DNA of 63,179 bases, filler included, from Bigelowiella natans CCMP2755 (taxonomy: Eukaryota; Protista; Cercozoa), in the NCBI GenBank assembly GCA_000320545.1. It is 7 parts of 7 records of this genome, joined end to end, with 100 filler letters (N's around TTAATTAATTAA, not from the genome) between each part and the next. Parts side by side here need not be neighbours in the genome. Positions count along the whole stretch, not along the records: positions 15,632 to 30,217 come from ADNK01000147.1; positions 30,318 to 44,065 come from ADNK01000909.1; 5 more parts are not named here. One strand, written 5' to 3'. Shown here piece by piece: positions 26,330 through 37,998 of this stretch (its first letter is position 1; each line of letters starts with the position of its first letter). The notes under the pieces were generated by a model. It made no database searches and had not been told where the DNA came from. It saw nothing but the letters and a program-made list of their open reading frames with translations. Both the position numbers and the translations under genes were made by a program.

Positions 26330-26930
26330 AAGAGCATAATGAAATCGGCAGCGTACAGTGGAATGTGAACATTTTCATCCATCGGCTAGATTTCATGTCA
26401 TGTGAATGATTATATGATGGGGCGGCACTAGCGGCAATGAAGGCTATTTCTTGCAGTGTCATTTCAAAACATATAAAGACAAACAAAGACACATGCTGGC
26501 ATGTGTACCTGCTCACATGTGTGCAGCGTGACGACAATGGCCTCCATCATTTGGCTTGTCAATTTGAATCGAATGTTGTCATCAAGTGAAAACATGTCTA
26601 GATGTGCTGCTGTGACACAGATTTCTATTTTCGACGCGGTGTTGCGTTACGTTGCAGTCGTGATCGAAGCAGCGCATGGATCGCCATTGCAGACGATTGA
26701 ATTATGGTGCTTGCGCAGCTGTGCATGTGTGAATGATGTCACAGTGATGATGAGCATTGACATTGCCAACAGCGTTTCAGGCATGGACAGCGTGATAGCT
26801 AGCTAGCGTGTGCATCAATCATAGTATCTTTGTCATCGATGCAACAGTAAGACATTTGTTGCTGACCATGTGCAGTTTGTGTGCATGTGGACTACGCGCT
26901 AAAACAGATTTGCACCATGACTGCAAAAAC
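26330..26930. other. TpA-poor, CA/TG-rich intergenic island (probable hypermutated repeat remnant)
   Basis: Lies between convergent genes; rich in CATG/TGCA and GCTAGCTAGC; few TA relative to neighbouring introns. Confidence 0.5.
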
Positions 26931-27147
26931 TTACAATCAAACAATTGATTTCATTGATAAATTTTACAACTGATAATTCAATGCCAACATGAACATGGCA
27001 AAACATGCATGTAATTTGAAATTGAAGAAACCTGCAAAAACGATTACACATCCGAATTCACAGAAATACTCGTCTATGTTGCCTGTACAATGCATAGTTT
27101 TTCTTTGATTTTCCACAAAGATATTAAAATAAAGATGGAATTGCACA

Positions 27148-29031
27148 TCAAGCTGAAACTCCCATGCAAGCCCTAAAGAAAGGTGCAATGCCTGCTAAAC
27201 CCTCAAAGCGAGAGACAACCACGTTCACAAAGTGCAATAGTGGCTCGAAAATGAATCCTGTCGCAATTTGCCCGACGATAGCAGATTCAATCCATTCCAA
27301 TTCTCTATGATCATCAACTCCCAATCTAAGACCGCTTGTGATTGTTGAAAACGCCATTCCAATGATGCAAAGAACCAAGCATCCTAAAATCTGTGAAGAA
27401 ACGACAATATTAGAAACATTCGAAATAAAAATTGAAAATGTGTGATAACCAAAGTTCTCGCCCAGGAAGGAATTGGAACTACACTGTGCCGTGTGGGGTC
27501 ACGCAAACAAATCATTTGTTTCTTCCTTGAGTCCGAATACGAAAAGACGCAGCTGAGAACTCGTACAATCGGGAGGAAGACAATTGCGCATGCGATTCCA
27601 AGCTGATATGAAATACAATAGTACCAGTGCGTATCAGTGCGTTTTACATCCCGAACTTACAATCTGAAAGATGTTGGTTGCAATAACCTTGAAGGAGGGT
27701 GTAACAGAAGAGTACTCTGCAAGGTAAATGCCGGACAGGGCGATGGCCCCAGACCACTGGAAAGCAAACACGACCTAGACATTCATATTTCAATCACAAA
27801 AATTATAATTTCCTCACTGAAACATGGACTACAAACAATCCACACTATTAATGCAAGAGAGTTCGTACAGGCTATCTGCATATGTGCAACGACAACGAGA
27901 TGCGCTTTAGATACCAATCGCTCGAAAGCAGTATGCTTAGTGGATTCTGAGGTTGTGAGGGGAGAGAGCCACAGATGAAACCGCAACAGTTCGAGCCCAA
28001 AGGCCTTGAGGAAAAACATAGTTTTTTCAATTCGCGTTGCATGCAAGATTAATCGATGTACTACCACAAATAAATTATGCTCTTCTCCATCTTCTGTGTC
28101 AACCCTGTCCGTCTTTGAATCATCTAATTCCAAAGGTGGGATGCGAATAACTCAATTCCTTGGATCCAAACTCCTTTGATATTATTTTCTACATTAGTAA
28201 ATGTGCAACTCACCTTCATCCTCAGGTATCTGGAACATTGATTCTTTTCCCTCATCATCATCGAATTTTGGATCATAATGATGGTTTCGTGCCTTGACGT
28301 CCAAAGCATTAGCTCCTATTAAACAAATGTGGCCGTGATTGTCGCGGTAATACTTCACTTGGTTGGAATCGAAGTTTGCAACACCTTTAGATTGATCCAT
28401 TGGCACCCCTAGGCCTTGCATCGCGGAACGAGAAAAGAACTCGCCTATGTGATAAAATGGTCGACAAAACTTCAAAATTGATTCGGTCTTCAGTTATTCA
28501 TGCAATACTCACCTTTGACATCATTTCGATCTTTTGGTTTCCAGAGGGAAGCGCCCATCATGGCCTGCACAGCAATATACAATTCCATGCGCAAACCAGT
28601 TATGGATAAGCAGCATTAGAGCATGGACAAACAATCTGGTTGATACATGTACATGTAATGATAAACATGTCTTGTCTCGACAATCGATACCCAGCAACAA
28701 ATAGCAAGGTCCCATATAATACCTTAGGAGTGGCTAACGCTAAGTCTTCTTGAGATAATGTTGTGTTACGAGACTCCCCGCTTACTTCTCCTAAGTGCCG
28801 AAAGGTAATTTTACAGTGTCATCTCCTCCCATCCCCCGACTACTTCCATCCTCATTAAAATTCACGCCTGCGAAGAGATCAGCAGGTTTACCTGTGATCA
28901 ACGTCCTTACAGTTTTCTTCGCGTGTTCCACCTGCTCCTTTTTCAATGACTTTATCAGCTTTCCCTTGAGACTGAAATTTGAAGAGTATCAATACCTTAT
29001 GCACTCACAAGCATGTGTGTATGTGTGTATT

Positions 29032-29071
<40 letters not shown>

Positions 29072-29830
29072 AGTGTAGGAAGGACAAATTTAGAGATTGT
29101 CTTGATTACCTGTAAAATGCGACAGCATCTTTGACCAACACAATGGGAAGAAGCAGAAAGAAAAGGCCTGCAGTTACTCCTACCTGCATATGTAGCATTG
29201 AAGTTTCTGTGATTTGACTTACATGTGAGAGAAGAAACATTGTCTTGCATGGAGAGGACACAACGTTTTCATTTCAATGTTAAAAATCACCGCAGATAGA
29301 GGAAGAGGGGATCTTGTGAGATTTGCTAATGTCAATGCTGCCTTAGTTGGCGAATTGGTTGGGGCGTAAGTCGTTGGACTCTGAGATGAGAAATACTTAA
29401 TTAAACCTTTGAAATGTCAATTAATGTGAACTCTTAACACCTCTGTGGGCGCGGAAGATGTAGGCGACAGAGATGGACAAGCTGTCGAGGGACTTAGAGT
29501 AGTTGGTGTTTGCGTCGGCATTGCTGTGGTGGGACTGCAAGACGGTCCAGCTGTTTTTGGCGAACACGAAGAAGGAGAATGAGTGCTTGGAGACATGGAT
29601 GTTGGACCCAATGTCGTTGGAGAGCACGACGAAGGCGAATGGGTGCTAGGAGACATGGATGTTGGACTCAATGTCGTTGGAGAGCATGAAGGGGCAGCCG
29701 AGCTGGGGCTCAATGTGGATGGTGATTGGGACGGGCTGAACGAAGTGGGTGCGCAAGTCGTAGGCCCACACGTTGTCGGTCCTTGTGTTGTGGGACCTGA
29801 ACACAACGAGAATCCGATGAGAACAATCAT
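27148..29830 (-). CDS. Multi-pass membrane protein with Pro/Thr/Ser stalk and polycystin-1-like TM region
   Basis: Hydrophobic leader then PT repeats (29417-29800); TM VGVTAGLFFLLLPIVLVKD; RFHLWLSPLTTSESTKHTAFERL resembles the polycystin HxWLS...FTRxQR motif; further TM exons to the stop at 27148. Confidence 0.5.
29571..29690. repeat. Tandem 2 x 60-bp coding repeat (Ser/Pro/Thr-rich 20-aa unit)
   Basis: gaaggagaatgagtgcttggagacatggatgttggacccaatgtcgttggagagcacgac repeated with a few mismatches. Confidence 0.85.
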
Positions 29831-30217
29831 GACCATCACTGTGAGCAAACGTGTGTGGATGTGGAAAGTGAACTTGTCTATCGTGAACATCAACAAAGTT
29901 GTCAAATCAAGATTTTGCATCTTGAATTGAGTCTGTGGTGTCTGCAAATGCATCATTCATCTTCCTGTGAGCATCAAACATTGTGAATTCACGTTTTTCA
30001 TCACTTTTTCAATCATGTAGTTTGGTGTTTTTTCACAATCATTTCGATGCTACCCTCCGCGCGGAAAGATGACAGAGGAGGAGGAAGAAGGAGGAGGAAA
30101 AGACTACCTACTCTCCTACCTATCTACCTACCTACCGAGCTACTAGACTATCTCAGAACATAGTAGAATGTTACGACACTTCGACGACTAAAGACAAAAC
30201 TCTTACTTTTACTTTTC

Positions 30218-30317
30218 NNNNNNNNNNNNNNNNNNNNNNNNNNNNNNNNNNNNNNNNNNNNTTAATTAATTAANNNNNNNNNNNNNNNNNNNNNNNNNNN
30301 NNNNNNNNNNNNNNNNN
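30218..30317. other. Artificial 100-bp linker
   Basis: N44-TTAATTAATTAA-N44. Confidence 0.97.
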
Positions 30318-30432
30318 AGAGAGAGAGAGAGAGAGAAAGGCGACGAGAAACCCAAAATGTTAAGCGCTTTCTCCCTGTCGCCTCTTCCTCTAATTTATCA
30401 GAAGTCGTAGTTGTAGTAGTTGCATTTCACCG

Positions 30433-30808
30433 GATGAGCGTCCGTCCTGGAAGAAACATGAATACCCGACGACACACCTGCGCGGTGGTTGTGCTTTGTT
30501 TTAATTTGTTTTAATTTTCGAAAAGGGGGGGGAGGAGGGAGGAATGATAATAAAAGTCTGCGAAAGGTGTGTTGCAAAGCTTTCAATCGTGAACCCCACT
30601 CACATACATTGATATACATCACAGCACAAACCTCGATGGGAAGGGAGCAGAGGCGGTCAAGATCCTCCTGCCCCATCTCCATTTGCACCGCTTTACTAGC
30701 CGACATATCGCTTTCTTTGCCATCCCTGGACCGTCGGTCGCCGCATTCAACTGCCCTCGTCCGTCGGTTGGCCCCACAATCGTCGCCGCGGCGAAGACGC
30801 TTTCGCAT
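30433..30808 (-). CDS. F-box protein, 5' exons only (truncated by gap)
   Basis: Spliced LDRLCSLPIE|VCRRVFMFLPGRTLIR matches the F-box consensus LxxLPxEixxxIfxfL. Confidence 0.6.
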
Positions 30809-31178
30809 CGTTCCGAAGCGGGTGAGGGGAGAAGAAGAATAGGAAAGAATCCGTCCAATTTTGATCCTACGACATCAAAGTTTCCGTCGAAAATTCGAAA
30901 AACAGCACCGGCGACTCACGGCATCATCGTAAGGAAGATTCACGCTCAAATTTTGTTCTGAAATGAGTAGGACCAGCGAATAGCCAACCAGCACGTCGCC
31001 AACATCGCAAAGCTCCTACAACTTCAAAGTTAATTTTCGATATTTTTCCATGTTAATTACGTCGAACAACACGGATTTTACCAAGGATTTTTAGGCTTAT
31101 TTTGAAACCAGAAACATCTAAGAGGGAGGCTCTCTTTCTCTCTCCCTTGCTCGCATATTGAATAGAACATCGGGTCGC

Positions 31179-32263
31179 ATGAGGTGGGGCTGCATCCCAG
31201 CAGCATTAACCCTATGCGCCCTTCCCCTTCTTGTCCTCCTCCAGCTCTCTCATGACCGCCATAACGGTCGCGTAGGCAGCAGTTTTATAGCTCCTAAGCA
31301 ATTGGTCCAAAGTAGATATCGTGAGAGTGGCACCAGGCCATGCGTCACACGTCTTATCCAATTGGATGCAGAGCAGGAGGTAAATTATCTGCCCATCGTT
31401 TACTATCTAGTGAGCACGAACATGAGTTGATCATCAGAGAGGCAACCCTCCTTTCGGGTCGGCGCACTGGAGACTACTTCGGGGAGGAATGATGGACTGT
31501 GAGTAGAAGACATATCGATGATGATGATGGATTGTGAGAAGAAGACACCAAACCTGATGATGACTTTCGTGCAGTTGGCCTCTAATCGCAGGACATTTTT
31601 GCTCAACCCCCCCCCTTTCTCCTCGACACAGCGATCGGTGATATAGACGGGAAAAGCGGAGAAAGTGAGACAATAATGGGAGATAGCTTGGCCGATGAGG
31701 TGGTGTTTTAAAATCTCTATATTCTTTTCAGCCCTTCTGTCAACGAGGTGTTTCAAAATCTCTATATTCGTTCATCCCTTCTGTCATCAGCGACTGAGCA
31801 CAACAACTCCTGCTACCACCACCTTCCCTCTTCTCCACGATTTTTCTTTTCTCAGAATCCTAGCGAGGAGGCAGTCGGAGCAGACCCGGAAGACGACGAC
31901 TCCGATCCAAATCTTAAACTCCCTGAAGATGAAGAGGAGGGGGGAGAGGCAGAAGAGGCTGGCGCTTATCCAGACAAGTAAACAGCATTGAAACTAAGAG
32001 CGCTACATTCCCGGAGAGAGTGTATATTTCATTCGGTTCTGTTGAGAATAGATACTAGTCCATTGTAATTATTGATCAGCCTCATTTGTATGGCTTATAC
32101 TCTATCAGGAAGCGTGCGCGACGTGGGGAGGGTGAGGGTGAGGGGGAGGAAGGACAGGGAAATCTGGAAGAAATCTTGGACGACATTCCCGATTATGGTT
32201 TGCTACCATTTTTAAATTCAATTTAGCATTCATGAATTAGAGCTAACGTGATAGACGCAAACA

Positions 32264-32305
<42 letters not shown>

Positions 32306-32769
32306 GTGCGTGTGTGCAATTATGAGTTAACCTTACGCTGGTATTGTTATCAAACATGTAGACTTTGACTCGCCAGCTGTCAGGTTACCAACCCTACCAA
32401 ATAGCCGTTTACTCACATACTATCATCTCACTTATCCTACACAAAACATATCCTCCAGCATTGCTTTCCTCCCCGGATATGTTTCCCTCCGTTTTTATTT
32501 TTGTTGTCTTGCAATTCCACAGGTTAAAATCTATTCAAGTGCTGGAGAACCCATCACTGCTCCTAAAAGTGAGTTGTTACAGAGGAGCAGCAAAAATATC
32601 GACGCTTTAAGACGTCCGAATGTCTGAAATATGGCCAACTTGACAGCGTGTAGTGGCACTCATAATAGCCTCTTTTGTGTGTCGTATCACAGCCTCTTCG
32701 GTTTGAAATTACACTTGAAACACAAGAAAAAGGCCTCAAGGATGATCTAAGGTATAAGCACACACATAC

Positions 32770-32811
<42 letters not shown>

Positions 32812-34099
32812 TATATGAACATCCATTTTCAGCCCCTCTATTTTGCTTGAAAGGATAACATATTTTGTGTGTTTGTTAGATGGAATGTGGTGTGGGTTGG
32901 CTCCGCCTCTGATAAGAGCTTAGATCAAGTCATCATCGTCGTCATCGTCACCAACCTATTCAATTCTTTGTCGTGAAACATCATTCGCATGGGATATAAA
33001 ATATTAAAAAAATATGATTTCTGCTGTCGCAAGGCATCGTCGTCGGTATTCAGCAACCGTACTTGTATCAACCAAGATACTTCCCGCCTCCACTATCTCT
33101 GTGAACGTATTCTTGTGGTTGACCGAAATGCCGAACATCATCATTAGGAGCTAGAGGACGTTGATGTTGGCCCTATCAAAGGAGGCATTTCACGTTTCAT
33201 CCTGGAGACGCCTCCCCCAGACCCGAAACGGTGTTGCTACTAACACTCTTCTCAGCTTTCCCCCTCTTGGGGCTTGGGGAGGAGGGGGGGGGGGGGGGCT
33301 GGTTGCTAGCTCAAATTCATCCTCAACAACATCTTCAATACAGCACTCATCGGCGTGATGGTAATTCGTGTTACCATGTACATCGTTATAAACTCGGCCC
33401 GCCCTCCCCCCCCTCCCTATAAGGATCCCAGCGGAGGACCGATTGGGAGCCACTGTGCTACTCCTTACCTGCTCCTATCGAGGCAATAGATTTCTGAAGG
33501 TGCTATAGAGGGACGACGGGAGGGGGGAGGGAGGGGGGTAAGGAGGAGATAAGAGGATTTAGGAGGAGATGAACGTCCCCCTAATCAATCCGTCCCTTCA
33601 GGAATATGTTCTGACCATTGTTTCGTCCTCATCCTCTATCTTTGTCGCTCATTGCCATCGCCTTCACCGCATCGCTACCCCTGCATCAGATCGGCTACTA
33701 TGTGAACGTGTGTGAGACAAGGGAGGAGGCAATCGATGACGACGGCGACACCGGCAACAATCGCAGTATAAATATTTTTTTATATTTATATTATACTCGT
33801 TTATATGACGAATACGCACACACACGCGCACAAACACACACAAAGTTTGTTTCATGTACTCATTTATTAATATTTATTCTATAAATGTATTTTTCGTATC
33901 ATATTCTAGAAAAAACACACTCCTCAGAGCAGTACCACTAAGACACTGTTTTTTTGCAAATATGTGATATAAATCAGCAAATTTGGTCATACCGGACGGA
34001 GCTAGGGACGGCTTTACTAGCAGGCCTGAATCTACTGACCCTGCAACTTTTTGGAGAAGGTGCCTTTCCTTTCCCCCTTCTTTTCTTTCTTTTGGCTCG

Positions 34100-34176
<77 letters not shown>

Positions 34177-34209
34177 TGCGACCGGTTGATTAAAATACAA
34201 ATATAATAC

Positions 34210-34246
<37 letters not shown>

Positions 34247-34657
34247 TTAATCGATATTAATATTGAGAGAGAGCGAAATGCAGGGAGAGGAATATTTTTC
34301 CTTGTGTTGGAAGTGCAGCTCGGAAACAAGCACACTCTCGCCCATACAAAACTACGGGCACAAGATGTAACACTTGCCGTTTTGTTGCTACTGCTTATTT
34401 TCAACCATTTCTACAGCCTTCTTTCCGACGAGCCGCGCATCTACCAGTATCCAATAGTTTGGGATGATCCTGTGTCCCTGGAAGGATTGGGTTCACAGCT
34501 CCACAATAGCGACAACGTGCTCTATAGCACTCAAAACATCTCGTCTGCAGATACCCCTGCCGATAATCACACCAGTGATACCATCTCGAAGGATAACCAG
34601 AATGCTGTTGCTGCGGCCGCAAACCGCTTACTTAATGATACCATAGCAGGAGTGTAG
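31179..34657 (+). CDS. ASF1: ASF1 histone H3-H4 chaperone with N-terminal signal peptide and acidic extension
   Basis: Spliced exons: PLRFEITLETQEKGLKDDL|WNVVWVGSASDKSLDQ|ELEDVDVGPIKGGISRFILETPPPDPK|RIPAEDRLGATVLLLTCSYRGNRFLK|IGYYVN...LLSDEPRIYQYPIVWD, collinear with the ASF1 core. Confidence 0.9.
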
Positions 34658-34919
34658 ATTCGGAGCTAACAGCCGCGGAGATATTAATATCTGTGATGCT
34701 GGACGTGCCTATGCCATTCTCTGCGAGATATTAGTCAGGAATAGCACATCTGCAAGTAAAAGTGACGCTTCAGTTGCAGTTTAGACTTGAGGCGATAGTG
34801 AAAATGTCATGAGCGCCATAGCTAGATAGCCAGGCAAACGTTCGCTTTGTTTTCAAGAACAAGCATTGCATCTATCTACATATGACGTATAGCGATCCCT
34901 TAAGCTAGTAAGCTTCGTT

Positions 34920-35400
34920 GAACGCTCAAGAATGGTGCATTTCTGTGCGAGCACTGTGTGCACTGAGTAGACTGCATGAGCACATGCATTGCACACACAT
35001 ATCAGCACGTCTAGACGTGCCGTAGCTATGCTGCTGCGCTGGCATGTAGCGATGCAATGCGCATGTATCGCTCTATAGCACTAATAACGAGTACACTACC
35101 AAACAATCGACAGTGCAATAGAGGCATGAAGGCTTATGTTCGCTTGCGTGCGCGTATGAACATATGTAGTTACAGATGATGCACACATGCAATAATCATT
35201 GCTGCATGTGCTTTTACACACATGTTCTTGCCCACACAGCACGCATGCTAGCATGTACCAAATTAGTGCACATGTTGCATTATCTGAAGCACATATGATC
35301 CATTGTGCACATGTGTTCTGAAGCACACGTGAACTATTGTTATCCCACATGTTCTAAAGCACACACGTCCTAGATAGGGTACACGAATAGAGCCATAAAG
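34920..35400. other. CA/TG-enriched intergenic island between convergent ASF1 and HSP20
   Basis: Dense CATG/TGCA/CACA. atgtagcgatgcaatgc (~35044) resembles the LINE 3' end. Confidence 0.4.
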
Positions 35401-35827
35401 GCTATATTGTGCATCAGCTTACCTACATACTGCGTGCACACACACATAAAAATGTCCACTATAATGTGGCAATACCACAGCGAATGATGCCAAGATTATA
35501 CATACTATGGACAATATTGGAACTGCTGCCCACGTAGTAATTATATAGCAATACAATGTAGCCCTATAAGGCTATATTACGTTATGATACCACATAGCCA
35601 TGTTCATCAACAGGCGAACCTGTACACGTAACCACTTCTATGCTTTGTTTACACATAACATCTCTAGGCTACACACAAAGCATAGCACAACGATATTATA
35701 ACTGGATGAAGGATCAAACATAATATCTTATAGTTCAGTCAGGATATTTAGGCCCGTTCCATCAAAACTGGCATCCGAAGATGGGGAGGGAGAAAACCCC
35801 AAGATATTAAAATTAAAGGCCATCTTA

Positions 35828-36607
35828 TTACGAAATAGGGATCGATACAGGTTTTTTTTCTGGTTTCTTTCCCATTCGAATGGTCAATACACCGTCTACC
35901 TGGGTCGCGTTAATGGCGGCAGTATCGATCGTATCCGGAACTCGAAATGCGCGAGAAAAGTTTCCGAACCACCTCTCGTCCTTGATGGTCCAGTTATTAT
36001 CAGTAGCATTGCGTGCACGTTTTCCGGAAACCGTGAGAATGGAATCCTTAAGCGAAATCTTGATATCCTCCTTTTTGACCCCAGGAACGTCGCATGCAAT
36101 CACAATCGCTGAGCCAGCGTCGATTACGTCAGAGGCGCACCTCCCGCTCATCATCATTGCGGGTGGAGGACGAATTGCGGGTGGTGGTGGTGGCAAAACT
36201 AATCGTGGCGGGGTACACTTTCTCATACTACTGGTGGTTCGGCCTTTTGGTGTGTCACACTTGCTTGTATCGCATGGCTTCTTCTCCAGAGCCTGCTTCA
36301 GAGCTGCGGGATCAATGACGTTAAATACTTTATCAAACATCCTGGCGATCCCGTCCGGAGTGTCTATGAACCCGCCTCTAACTTTGGACCTAGGTGCGAA
36401 AAGCTCGGGGAAGAATTGGTTTTCAGAATTTGCAGGAGGTGCTATGCTTCCGAGCGGTATTTCGACTGCACTATACTGCTGAGAAATAAGAACACATGCT
36501 AGAATGGCGACTAGCGACAACGCAAATACAGCTGCTTGTAGAGAGGTCTTTGCGGGGTCCTGGCGGACTCGAGGCAGCAGGAAGCGAGAGGGGGGTGAAG
36601 AGGCCAT
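35828..36607 (-). CDS. Small heat shock protein (HSP20/alpha-crystallin) with N-terminal hydrophobic leader, intronless
   Basis: 259-aa ORF containing DVPGVKKEDIKISLKDSILTVSGKR...ERWFGNFSRAFRVPDTIDTAAINATQVDGVLTIRMGK. Confidence 0.93.
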   Translation of the reverse strand: MASSPPSRFLLPRVRQDPAKTSLQAAVFALSLVAILACVLISQQYSAVEIPLGSIAPPANSENQFFPELFAPRSKVRGGFIDTPDGIARMFDKVFNVIDPAALKQALEKKPCDTSKCDTPKGRTTSSMRKCTPPRLVLPPPPPAIRPPPAMMMSGRCASDVIDAGSAIVIACDVPGVKKEDIKISLKDSILTVSGKRARNATDNNWTIKDERWFGNFSRAFRVPDTIDTAAINATQVDGVLTIRMGKKPEKKPVSIPIS

Positions 36608-37080
36608 ACTTCTTTGTTCTGGAAGATTTCAGACTTAAAGCGTTGCTATTCTCTTGTATTCTGCTCATAGAACCTCAATCATCCTAACAGCGACAACAAA
36701 TTACCAATGACGCTATGCTACTATTCCCCATTCTTTAAACGAATCTTACTAAGCTTGGTCCCCGCAAAGATCCCACTCTCTTACGCAAAGGGTTCTTCCG
36801 ACATTTTGGAGAAGAAATTCGGCGCGAAGTCGAGGTTCAAACCCTCCAATTTGCCCTCTGCGACATCCTAGTTCATCCATGGAACCTAGGAACTAGCTCC
36901 AGTATTTGACGAGGGTGTGGGCATGCCCTGGATCTTTGCAGTGCGACGTGACATTTAGGCTAATTAAATGAACTCTGAAACGAGAACTGGATCATCCGAG
37001 ATCACGATGTGGCATCATCTAACCTTTGCGGGTAGGGCTAGAGGGGCCACGTTGGCGGTGAGGGGGGGGACGCACACATA

Positions 37081-37760
37081 CACCGTGTCAGATTCCGCAT
37101 CGCTGCACCATGTTCACGATTTTGGACCTCAATTCTCATGTTTGTCAGTCATTGAACATCAATTCATGTGCAAAAATTCGAAACACAACACCTGCACCAA
37201 TGAAAGTGATTTCACTTTTTTGCAGGATGCAGCATGTGTTTTTGAAATCCATCACAATTGAACGACAAACACAGTGTGACTGTGGAGTGCACGCGAGCTG
37301 CTGTCAGACCATCTAGCCATGTGCATGCTGCATGCTGGCATGCCGCATCGCTAGCTAGCTTGTGAACAAGCTAGAGATCGCCATGAAGAGCTGGAGAGAG
37401 CTAGAGGAGTTCGTTTTGCCACATTGCACGCATGGTTGTTGGCACTTCTTATCATTCTAGCGACTTGCGCAGATGCAGAGATCCACAAGCTTACACGAGC
37501 TCTGGACCTCGTCATCATCGAACATCTAGACACTCATCATTGCATTGTGAATGAACATGATCAATGTGAGCTTTGAACTTCAGTGTTGAAGTCGAGCTAG
37601 CAGATGTTCGTTCGTTGATGTAAGTAAGCAAACATGTAATGCCTTGTGACATTGCTCGACAGTCCCCGAACATGGGTGTTTCACATGCAGCAGTAGCTGT
37701 GGCTGCAAGCAACGCTCGCACTGCTAGTGCTGTGAAGCCATCGCATCGCAAATAAAAATT
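37081..37760. other. TpA-depleted island with CTAG survivors
   Basis: Manual count for 37081-37620: 10 TA, 8 of them in CTAG. Confidence 0.65.
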
Positions 37761-37830
37761 GAATCCATGACCTGTTAGGTTAGCATCAACTAGGTACAAA
37801 ATTTATCGATAACGTAGCCACCATCATTGT

Positions 37831-37898
37831 TCCTCATAAGTTCTCAGAGCGACATTCCCATTGCGGTTTTAGTTGCCAACTCGTCATTGCACAAAGGA
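37831..37898 (-). promoter_or_regulatory. SECIS element candidate (type II) in the 3' UTR of the deiodinase-like gene
   Basis: Minus strand: uccuuugu gca AUGAC GAGUUGGCA acu AAAA CCGcaaUGG gaa UGUCGCUC UGAG aac uuaugagga. Shows a GA/GA core, helix II, an unpaired AAAA, an apical mini-stem and helix I, ~100 nt after the stop. Confidence 0.7.
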
Positions 37899-37998
37899 GC
37901 TAATGATGATGATTGCACGGTGAGGCGTGGAATGGTGCAAAATGTTGTTAAGATTTTGCGACTAAGCGGCAAAAATCATCTATCTTCCACCTCTAGAC

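Noticed and set aside
36617-36633. Heat-shock-element-like TTCtgGAAgaTTT upstream of HSP20
   Set aside because: Only two perfect units, 10-25 bp from the ATG (probably 5' UTR); too weak.
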